A DNA stretch of 32,000 nt, from contig NC_002937.3 of NCBI RefSeq assembly GCF_000195755.1, positions 1,200,001-1,232,000 on the forward strand, read 5' to 3'. The notes under the pieces were generated by a model that was not told the DNA's origin, made no database searches, and saw only the letters and a list, made by a program, of their open reading frames with translations. Position 1 is the first letter of the stretch. Each line of letters begins with the position of its first letter. The position numbers were made by a program, and so were the translations under genes. Positions 9,795 to 16,651 of the stretch are shown piece by piece. Source of the DNA: Nitratidesulfovibrio vulgaris str. Hildenborough. GTDB taxonomy: Bacteria; Desulfobacterota; Desulfovibrionia; Desulfovibrionales; Desulfovibrionaceae.

Positions 9795-10522
9795 ATGATG
9801 CCCCCGCTTCGGCTGCCCGCGTGGCTGTTGCCGCTGACCGTGCTGTCACCATCCACCGACAGCCCCCCGTTGATGGCCACCGGGCCGTTGATGGTGAGGC
9901 TGCCGGTGATGGTGCGGTCGGCGTGCTCGCTCACCGTGCCCTTGCCGCCGTTGTGCCCTTCGCCCGTCACGTTGCCGCGCTGGATGATCTGCGGGGCTTG
10001 CAGGGTGATGGAGCCTTCGGCCTGCACGGTGGCGTTGCCGCCCACCTGCACCAGCCAGTCCGCCGGGGTCATGGACACGATGCGTTTGCCGGTGTCGATG
10101 CGCATCTCCACACCTTTCTCAAGTTGAATGACGAATTCGCCCACCTCGGCCAGCGGCGCGCCATGTCCCTGCCAGCGGATGTTGCCGATGCGCGGGTAGT
10201 TGGGGTCGCCGTCGTAGTAGGAGAGGTCGCACAACGTCCCCACCACGGGCGGGCACACCACGCCACGTTCCGGGCCACCCCACAGCACGGGCAGTTCCAC
10301 ACGGGGCACCACGGGTTCTGCGGGGTCGTCGCTCTCGTCGTTACGCAGGGGCTGCACGTCGGCGTAGTAACGCCCGTCGCTGGCATAGGCCGCCACCACG
10401 CGGGCCTTGCGGGTCATGCGGTAGTAGTGACGGAAGTCCGGCATGGCGAGTTCCACCGCGCGCCGGATGAGTTGCAGCAGGTTGGCGGTGCCGCCATTGC
10501 CGCCATTGCTAGGCCCAGCCAT
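9791..10522 (-). CDS. Baseplate central spike (gpV / Mu gp45-like)
   Basis: 243 aa. The C-terminus has Gly-rich beta-helix-like repeats (GNVTGEGHNGGKG...ITGSLTINGPVAINGGLSVDGDSTVSGN). Follows the hub gene. Confidence 0.72.
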   Translation of the reverse strand: MAGPSNGGNGGTANLLQLIRRAVELAMPDFRHYYRMTRKARVVAAYASDGRYYADVQPLRNDESDDPAEPVVPRVELPVLWGGPERGVVCPPVVGTLCDLSYYDGDPNYPRIGNIRWQGHGAPLAEVGEFVIQLEKGVEMRIDTGKRIVSMTPADWLVQVGGNATVQAEGSITLQAPQIIQRGNVTGEGHNGGKGTVSEHADRTITGSLTINGPVAINGGLSVDGDSTVSGNSHAGSRSGGII

Positions 10523-11309
10523 GGTCTGCTCCGTAACGGATGAGGGTTCTGTTGCCCGAGGGCGTCAGCACGTGGCGCACCTCTTGCGCACGGAACTGCC
10601 CGCTGACACCCCGCCGGGCATCTTCAAGCCTGAACTGCATGGAGTGCGTCAGCCCGGCCAGCAGCACCGTTTCCACTTCGGACAGCGCACCGGGAGCCGT
10701 CGCAGGGTTGTGCGTGATGAGGTTCTCGCCCGTGGCCACCGTGTACAGAGGGCCGGGTTCGTCGCCCGCGCTCCAGCGCAGGCCAGCCGCACCCAGCCAC
10801 AGGGCGTGGCGTGAAAGATCGTGCCCGTGCCCGCGCTGGATGGACTCCGCCAGTTGCCGCACGGCCCGCCACAGCGGCACCGTGGCGAAGACGATGTGCG
10901 GCAGGGTCACGTCGGGTATCGCGACCTCGGCCACGGGCAGGCCGCTTCGCTCAAGGATGCGGCGGGCCACCGTGGCGACAGGTTCGCCGTGGAACGATTC
11001 GGTGAGCGTGGTGCGGGTGAGCGCCAGTTCGCGCCCGGCGGCGAGCACGGTCACGGAGTCCGGCCCGGCCTGCCTGATGCCGTCCACCGTACCGGTGAAC
11101 TGCTGCATGGGGCCGCCCCGGTAGCCGAAGGCCAGCGTCACGTCGTGCCCCACGGTGATGGCGGCTTGCAGGGTTCCTTCCGGGTCGGGCAGTTCCACCT
11201 CGGCCCGCGTGACCACGGCCCGGCGGCGGCTGATGACCTCCGCACGCGGCGCGCGCAGGGCCTCGAACGTGCCGACCTGAACGCGGATGTCCACGCCTGT
11301 GATCTCCAT
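10509..11309 (-). CDS. Baseplate hub protein (late control D / Mu gp44 / XkdQ-like)
   Basis: Internal start MEITGVDIRVQ at 11309, preceded by GGGAGGGAG. The upstream part of the track ORF (to 11651) is an Arg-rich off-frame artefact. 266 aa, positioned before the spike. Confidence 0.65.
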   Translation of the reverse strand: MEITGVDIRVQVGTFEALRAPRAEVISRRRAVVTRAEVELPDPEGTLQAAITVGHDVTLAFGYRGGPMQQFTGTVDGIRQAGPDSVTVLAAGRELALTRTTLTESFHGEPVATVARRILERSGLPVAEVAIPDVTLPHIVFATVPLWRAVRQLAESIQRGHGHDLSRHALWLGAAGLRWSAGDEPGPLYTVATGENLITHNPATAPGALSEVETVLLAGLTHSMQFRLEDARRGVSGQFRAQEVRHVLTPSGNRTLIRYGADHGWA

Positions 11310-11331
11310 CACCTGCTCCCTCCCTGATGAC

Positions 11332-11427
11332 GGGCACCCGCGCTTCCTGCACGGGGTGCCCTGTCGCTTGCCGGAAACGCGGTTCCGGCTGCGCTCGCGC
11401 TGCGCGGCGTGCGGGCTTCCTGCCCGC
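11332..11427. repeat. Structured intergenic element, copy 2: hairpin - TGTCGCTTGC - hairpin - CTGCGCTCGCGCTGCGCGGC, plus an extra hairpin
   Basis: Hairpins gggcaccc-N14-gggtgccc (11332-11361), ccggaa-acgcgg-ttccgg (11371-11388) and gcgggc-ttcct-gcccgc (11411-11427). The blocks are 9/10 and about 19/22 identical to copy 1. Confidence 0.6.
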
Positions 11428-11454
11428 AGGCGCATGCCTCTGCTGGCCTTGCCA

Positions 11455-12006
11455 TCACCGGCTCCCTCTTGCCCGTTTGCCCGCCACGTCCACGAGGAGC
11501 GTGGCTTCCGGTTCAGGGTTGGTGGTGACGCCCGGCGTGGTGGCTGCGACGTCCGCAGGGCGCGGGGTCTTGGCCCCGGCCTCTTCCACGCGCACGATGG
11601 GTGGCCTGTGCTCCACGAAGGCGAGCGTGACCCGCAGGGTGTCGTCCACATCGCGCTCTTCGCTTTCGAGCCGCGAGAAGACCACCTGACGGATGCCCCG
11701 CGCCATGAGATGGCGGTTGGCCACCTCCAGCACGCGGGGGTTGGTGCGCCTGTCGGTGCCTCTGAAGGCGGCGTTGACCTCGGCCAGTTGGTCGTAGCAG
11801 TCGGCCCCGTCGTCGCTCACGAGGTCGAGCACCAGCACCACGTCGGCATCTTCCCAGCCGAGGGGGGTCTTCTTCTTGCCGGAGACCCCGTCCACCTTCT
11901 GTTCGTCGAAGCGCACCTCGCAGGTGACGCGCTGCGAGACGAGAACGCCCGGCAACGCGGTGTCGCCAAGGCGCACCATGCCGTCCTCGAAGGTCAGCAG
12001 GCTCAT
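11455..12006 (-). CDS. Tail/baseplate protein of unknown role (slot of XkdP / Mu gp43 N-terminal region)
   Basis: 183 aa. Its start overlaps the tape-measure stop (ATGA-type junction at 12003-12006). The composition looks coding. No motif recognised. Confidence 0.45.
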   Translation of the reverse strand: MSLLTFEDGMVRLGDTALPGVLVSQRVTCEVRFDEQKVDGVSGKKKTPLGWEDADVVLVLDLVSDDGADCYDQLAEVNAAFRGTDRRTNPRVLEVANRHLMARGIRQVVFSRLESEERDVDDTLRVTLAFVEHRPPIVRVEEAGAKTPRPADVAATTPGVTTNPEPEATLLVDVAGKRARGSR

Positions 12007-14345
12007 ACCAGTCCCCCTTCGGGAACGCCGTCGTATGCGGCAACGAAGTCCTGCAACTGGGCCACGAAGTCTTGCGCGTTGGTGACGCCGGGCAGGTTCA
12101 GGGTGCCGATGGTGATGGTCACCCCCCGGCCCTGTGCGGCCCTTGCGGTCTTGCGGCCCGGCTGCACGTCGGCTGTCGCCGGGGCTTCGATCTGCGGCGC
12201 GACGGCATCACCGAGCGCCGTCTCCAGCGTGTCGTGCAAGCCCGGCGCGGCTGCGGTCATGCCTTCGCCCATGGTCGAGAGCGTGGCCATGCCCGACGCC
12301 GTGAGGGTCGAGAGCGGCCCTTCGTCGGCATCGCTGTGGGGCAGGAGCTTGCCCACCATGTCCAGAGCCTTCTTGGCGGCCTCGAACGGTGCGCTGACCA
12401 TGGACATGATGCCGTCCACGAACGTGCCCAGCAGCTTGGCCCCCGCATCGAACAGCGAGACGCCGTTGAACAGGTCGAGCACGAACTGGAGCATACCGGC
12501 AGCCATCTCGATGGGGGCCAGCAGTGCCGTGAAGGCCGTGGCGAGGATCTCCACTGCCCCGCATACGACCGAGCCGATGACGTTGCCGAAGCGTTCCCAC
12601 CCGGAAACGTCCGAGGCTGCCGACACCCCGAAGAACGCTTCGCCAAGGCCGCCCAGCACCGTGAAGAGTTGCCCGAACACGGCCCCGAGGCGGTCGAGCG
12701 TGGGGCCGAAGACGACAGCGAGGCGGTCGCCGACACCAGAGACCCCGTCCCATAGCCCGCGAAAGAACGCCTGCACCCGGTAGACGACGCTGCCCACCGA
12801 GGCCACCAGTCCTTCAAGCCCGGCGGCACGTATCTCTGTGGCCAGTTCGCCCCTGATCTCGCCCACCCCGTCGGTGAGCGTCGAGAACACGGCCATGACA
12901 CCGCGCACCACCAGCGATACGGTCTGCCACCAGCGGCGGAGCGTATCGCCGATGCCTGCGAAGTTTGTTTTGTAGGCGAGATACAGCGCACCCACCACGG
13001 CGATGATGGCCCACATGGGCCACGAGAGTCCCAGCAGGGCCGCCTTGAGCGGGGCAAGGGCCGCAGCCAGCATCGGCCCGGCGGCAGAGAGTAGCCAGAG
13101 CGCACCCGACAGGGCCGTGGCCGCGACGATGGCCGCAGAGACCCCGGCCACCAGCTTCAGGGCGAACTCCCCGCCAGCGGTCTGGGCGGCTGCCCGTAAC
13201 ATGTCGACGAAACCCCCAAGGGCGTCCGCGACGGCTCCGATGACAGGCAGGAAGTAGCTGCCAATGACGATCATCAGGGCCTTGGCCTTGTTGCCGAGCA
13301 GGAGCAGTGCGTTCTCTGTGGTGCGGCTGCGCGCCTCGAACTCGCCCTGCATGCTGCCTGCGTAGGCCGCGCTGTCACCCACGAGGTCGAACGCCTGCGA
13401 GAGATTGCCCATGTTGGCCAGAAGCGGAGCGATGGCCCCCAGCGCCTCTTCTCCGAACATCTCGGTGAGCAGCGACATCTGCAATTCCTTGGGCTTGTCC
13501 GCCAAGGCTTGCAGCACCTTGAAGATGGTGCCTTGCGCGTCGGTCTGCATGTCTTTGGCCATCTGCGTTACGGAGAAGCCCAGCGCCCCGAAGGCGGCCT
13601 GCGCGTCTTTGGAGAGCGCAGAACCACGCACCAGCGTGGACGTGAACTTCTTGAGTGCCGTGGACGCGATCTCGGGCGATGCACCGGCAGAGAGGAAGGC
13701 CGCGCCAAGGGCCGCCACCTGTGTCTCTGAAAGGCCCGCCGCCATGCCCACCGCGCCCACGCGCTGGATGACCTCACCCAGTGCGGGGGCCGTGGCGTTC
13801 ATGTTGTTGGAGAGGTGGTTGGTGGCGTCGGCCAGCGCATAGACGCGCGGTAGCGTCAGGTTCATGCCTGCCCGCCAGTCCGCCATCATCTTGCCAGCCT
13901 GATCACCCGTCAGGTCGAAGGCGACGCCCATCTTCGCCGCCTGTTCCGCGAAGTCCGTAAGGTCTTGCCGCGCCACGCCGCTTTGCGCCGCTGCCGCGAC
14001 GATGGCGGCCAGACCGTCTGCCGCCATGGGGATACGGGTGCTCATGTCGAGAATGGTGGCAGACATGGCCTTAAGCTCGCCCGCACTCTCGAAGTTCACC
14101 ACCTTGGCCACGTCTGCCATGGCGCTCTCGAAGGCGATGGCCTCACGCGCGGCAAGGCCCAGTGTGCCCAGCAGCACCCCGGCAGCGAGGGCCACCGGGG
14201 CCATGGCCACGGCGAGCTTGCCCATGCGGCTGCCCAGTGCCGAGACCTTGCCGCCCAGCAGTTCCATCCCCTCGGAGACGGAGCCGAGCGGCCCGGAGAT
14301 CATGTCCACGAGGGAGAGTGTGGCGAAGACCTTGAAGACTTCCAT
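12003..14345 (-). CDS. Tail tape measure protein
   Basis: 780 aa, Ala/Gly/Leu-rich with several hydrophobic segments. Immediately downstream of the frameshifted chaperone pair and upstream of the baseplate genes. Confidence 0.9.
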   Translation of the reverse strand: MEVFKVFATLSLVDMISGPLGSVSEGMELLGGKVSALGSRMGKLAVAMAPVALAAGVLLGTLGLAAREAIAFESAMADVAKVVNFESAGELKAMSATILDMSTRIPMAADGLAAIVAAAAQSGVARQDLTDFAEQAAKMGVAFDLTGDQAGKMMADWRAGMNLTLPRVYALADATNHLSNNMNATAPALGEVIQRVGAVGMAAGLSETQVAALGAAFLSAGASPEIASTALKKFTSTLVRGSALSKDAQAAFGALGFSVTQMAKDMQTDAQGTIFKVLQALADKPKELQMSLLTEMFGEEALGAIAPLLANMGNLSQAFDLVGDSAAYAGSMQGEFEARSRTTENALLLLGNKAKALMIVIGSYFLPVIGAVADALGGFVDMLRAAAQTAGGEFALKLVAGVSAAIVAATALSGALWLLSAAGPMLAAALAPLKAALLGLSWPMWAIIAVVGALYLAYKTNFAGIGDTLRRWWQTVSLVVRGVMAVFSTLTDGVGEIRGELATEIRAAGLEGLVASVGSVVYRVQAFFRGLWDGVSGVGDRLAVVFGPTLDRLGAVFGQLFTVLGGLGEAFFGVSAASDVSGWERFGNVIGSVVCGAVEILATAFTALLAPIEMAAGMLQFVLDLFNGVSLFDAGAKLLGTFVDGIMSMVSAPFEAAKKALDMVGKLLPHSDADEGPLSTLTASGMATLSTMGEGMTAAAPGLHDTLETALGDAVAPQIEAPATADVQPGRKTARAAQGRGVTITIGTLNLPGVTNAQDFVAQLQDFVAAYDGVPEGGLV

Positions 14346-14360
14346 GCCGTTGCCCTTCTG

Positions 14361-14878
14361 TTAACCCGCGTCCCTGCTGCCGTGCAGCCGCGCAAGCACC
14401 CTGTTGTGGCGCTCTTCGAGCCACAGCGCCTGCGCCACCTGTTCGGCGAAGGCGTCCATATCGTCGGCGGGGCCGGTGTTGAGCCAGTGGCGAATGAGCG
14501 CCTCGCCCTTGCCGACCCCGCCAAGCTGCTGCCGGGCGCGGTCGATCAGTTTCCCAGATCGCCGAGACCCACGGCCTTGATGAGGGCCGCACTCATGGTG
14601 GTGACGATGCCGGGGTAGGTCTCTGCGTCGCTCTGGAACGTGGCCCTGTCGTCGGGGTGGATGACGTCAAGGATGAGGGCGCGCGCCGCCTGTGCCGGGT
14701 TGCGGTGGGCGGTGGCCTGCATGCGCTTGATGTGCGTGGGGGTGGGACGCCGGAAACGGTAGCTGACGCTCACCTCTGTATCGGCCCAGCGGTCTGTCCA
14801 GCTGTGCTCGAAGGTGGCATAGCCACCGGTTTCAGGGGTGGACGTATCGTCGTCGGAATGCTTCGGGGTGGTGGACAT
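14361..14878 (-). CDS. Tail assembly chaperone, -1 frameshift fusion product (GT-like), predicted 172 aa
   Basis: Hand translation of the -1 frame after the slip at 14555-14549 gives LIDRARQQLGGVGKGEALIRHWLNTGPADDMDAFAEQVAQALWLEERHNRVLARLHGSRDAG, then TAA at 14363-14361, 15 nt before the tape-measure ATG. This frame has no usable start codon of its own. Confidence 0.6.
14546..14878 (-). CDS. Tail assembly chaperone, 0-frame product (G-like, Mu gp41 slot)
   Basis: 110 aa between tube and tape measure. GGAGG SD upstream. Ends 2 codons after a GGGAAAC slippery heptamer. Confidence 0.7.
   Translation of the reverse strand: MSTTPKHSDDDTSTPETGGYATFEHSWTDRWADTEVSVSYRFRRPTPTHIKRMQATAHRNPAQAARALILDVIHPDDRATFQSDAETYPGIVTTMSAALIKAVGLGDLGN
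14549..14555 (-). promoter_or_regulatory. Programmed -1 ribosomal frameshift slippery heptamer G GGA AAC
   Basis: X XXY YYZ heptamer in the correct phase of the chaperone ORF, immediately followed by the 0-frame TGA. Confidence 0.6.
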
Positions 14879-15110
14879 GAGAAGGCCTCCGGTAAGGTGT
14901 TGCGTGCAGGTTGCCCTGCCATGCGGACACCCTAACGGAGGCGTAGGGGGCTTGCCGGAAGCTGTGAAAGCTGTGGATTGATATGGACGAAAATGACTAA
15001 AAAGAGTATATAAAGGCAGCTAGATAAAAGATTATCTTCTATTCTAATCGTTAAGGCATGTGAATGTTTTGCTTTGATTATTTTTAACTCTGCTAAGCAA
15101 GGAGGCACAC

Positions 15111-16133
15111 ATGACTGTTGTTTATGCTTTTTGGAATAACAAGGGAGGCACAGGTAAGACAAGCCTCGCATTTCAAACTGTTGCTCGTTACGCAAAACAT
15201 CACCATGCATCGAAAATCCTGATTGTCGACGCATGTCCTCAAGCGAACATGTCTGAATTATTGCTAGGAGGACTTGAGAGTGGGGGAAGTCATAACGTAC
15301 TTGAATTACACGATCTGAAAGGACGTAAATCTCTTGGAGGTTACTTTCAACTAAGACTTCCAAATCCATACAATGTCCCTCGCTTTGACTGTGATGATTT
15401 TATTATCAATGTTAGTGATTACAATGAACACATGCCCACAAATATAGACCTTCTTTGTGGTGATCCAATTCTCGAACTCCAATCTAACGCGATAAACACA
15501 CTCGCGAACAATAATATTCCTGGCACAAATACATGGATAAAAGTTATCGATTGGATTCGAGATTTTATAAATGCTTGCGATGGTACATATGACACTGTTT
15601 TTATAGACTGTAATCCTTCTTTTTCCATATACACACAGATAGCCCTTGCTTCATCAGATAGAATTATTTTGCCAGTAATGGCAGACGACTCATCTCGCAG
15701 AGCAATACAAAATGCGCTTTCGCTTGTATATGGATTGAGAATACCTTCTGATATATATGCTACATACATGTTCAAAACAAAGCTTGAAACAGAACATAGG
15801 GAAATCCCCAAGGTACACCTTGTGGTCAAGAATAGAATAACACAGTATATGGGATCAGCGTCGGCCTATGATGCTGTTCTTTCCATGATTAAAAATGATG
15901 TTAAAGAAATAAGGGAATCAAACCCTGATTTCTTTACATTTAACAACGTCGATGACGGTTTCGTTGATATCCGAGATTTTCAAACAACAGGCGTTATCTC
16001 TTTCGCAAAGGGAATACCCTTTTTTAAGATGACTCACGGTCGAAAAACGTTAAACGGAAGGAAAATTGCGATAAGGAAAGAGTACCTTGAAAAATGCCAG
16101 CAGGAAATTACCGTGCTTGCAGGAAAGTTGTAA
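15111..16133 (+). CDS. Orphan ParA/MinD/Soj-family P-loop ATPase with an unassigned ~100 aa C-terminal extension
   Basis: 340 aa. Deviant Walker A FWNNKGGTGKTS (residues 7-18), A' box ILIVDACPQAN, Walker B DTVFIDCNPS. AAGGAGG lies 5 nt before the ATG. It is the only convincing plus-strand gene inside the prophage and lies in a low-GC block. Confidence 0.85.
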   Translation: MTVVYAFWNNKGGTGKTSLAFQTVARYAKHHHASKILIVDACPQANMSELLLGGLESGGSHNVLELHDLKGRKSLGGYFQLRLPNPYNVPRFDCDDFIINVSDYNEHMPTNIDLLCGDPILELQSNAINTLANNNIPGTNTWIKVIDWIRDFINACDGTYDTVFIDCNPSFSIYTQIALASSDRIILPVMADDSSRRAIQNALSLVYGLRIPSDIYATYMFKTKLETEHREIPKVHLVVKNRITQYMGSASAYDAVLSMIKNDVKEIRESNPDFFTFNNVDDGFVDIRDFQTTGVISFAKGIPFFKMTHGRKTLNGRKIAIRKEYLEKCQQEITVLAGKL

Positions 16134-16138
16134 AATAT

Positions 16139-16194
16139 TGGCGCAATGGTCCATAGTTGCATTTGTTTAAAGGAACCATTGCGCCATTTTCTTT
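16139..16194 (+). terminator. Rho-independent terminator of the ParA-like gene; its T-tract overlaps the tail tube stop codon
   Basis: 12-bp perfect stem tggcgcaatggt (16139-16150) / accattgcgcca (16175-16186), then ttttcttt. On the opposite strand the stem is followed by auauuuuac. Confidence 0.7.
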
Positions 16195-16639
16195 ACCTCC
16201 TCCTCTTCGCGGGCAGCCCGTTCCACAGGATGGGTTCCAGTATCTTGAACTCGCATTTGACCGCACCCACGTTGGCCTCACCCTGACTGCCGGAGGTGTC
16301 GAAGCTGGTGATGCGGCAGGCGGGCAGCGTGTCGGTGATGGTGCCTTGGTCTTCGTTGGCGTAATTGACCACGATGGGGAACGGCACATGGTCGTAGATG
16401 CCGCCTCCTGTCGCCGTCAGTTCGCGCGCCAGCCTGTCGAACTCGTCGCGGTCGAGGGTCATGGAGCCGGACGCCTCATAGTTCTTGCGCCCGTAGCCGC
16501 GCGGTGTGGAGCCGCGCCCGTAGCGCGGGTCGACATCCTGCCCGTCCTTGTAGCCTATTTCGGTGACGCCCACCGTCTCCCCGCTGGGCAGCCTGATGCT
16601 CACGTCTTCCCAGTCGTACAATCTGCCGTTGATGCCCAT
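16193..16639 (-). CDS. Tail tube protein
   Basis: 148 aa, immediately downstream of the sheath gene (12-nt gap). Size and position match contractile-tail tube proteins. Confidence 0.72.
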   Translation of the reverse strand: MGINGRLYDWEDVSIRLPSGETVGVTEIGYKDGQDVDPRYGRGSTPRGYGRKNYEASGSMTLDRDEFDRLARELTATGGGIYDHVPFPIVVNYANEDQGTITDTLPACRITSFDTSGSQGEANVGAVKCEFKILEPILWNGLPAKRRR

Positions 16640-16651
16640 GTGTCGTCTCCT

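Noticed and set aside
10509-11651. Long N-terminal extensions of track ORFs (hub to 11651, capsid to 21619, G-like to 20017, gp37-like to 19553, protease to 22827, argF to 3089, activator to 31766)
   Set aside because: The extensions are Arg/Pro-rich, overlap upstream genes or structured gaps, and internal Met (or TTG) starts with good SD sequences give products of the expected size.
14959-14975. Tandem AAGCTGTG-a-AAGCTGTG at the left border of the low-GC island, as a parS-like centromere
   Set aside because: There are only two short copies, no palindromic structure and no further copies in the island. That is too weak to call a partition site, so it is noted only as a possible insertion-junction feature.
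14932-15369. 145-aa minus-strand ORF inside the low-GC island
   Set aside because: It is antisense to the 5' part of the ParA-like gene, crosses the GC/AT boundary, has no SD and no recognisable motifs. The ParA frame has clear Walker motifs.
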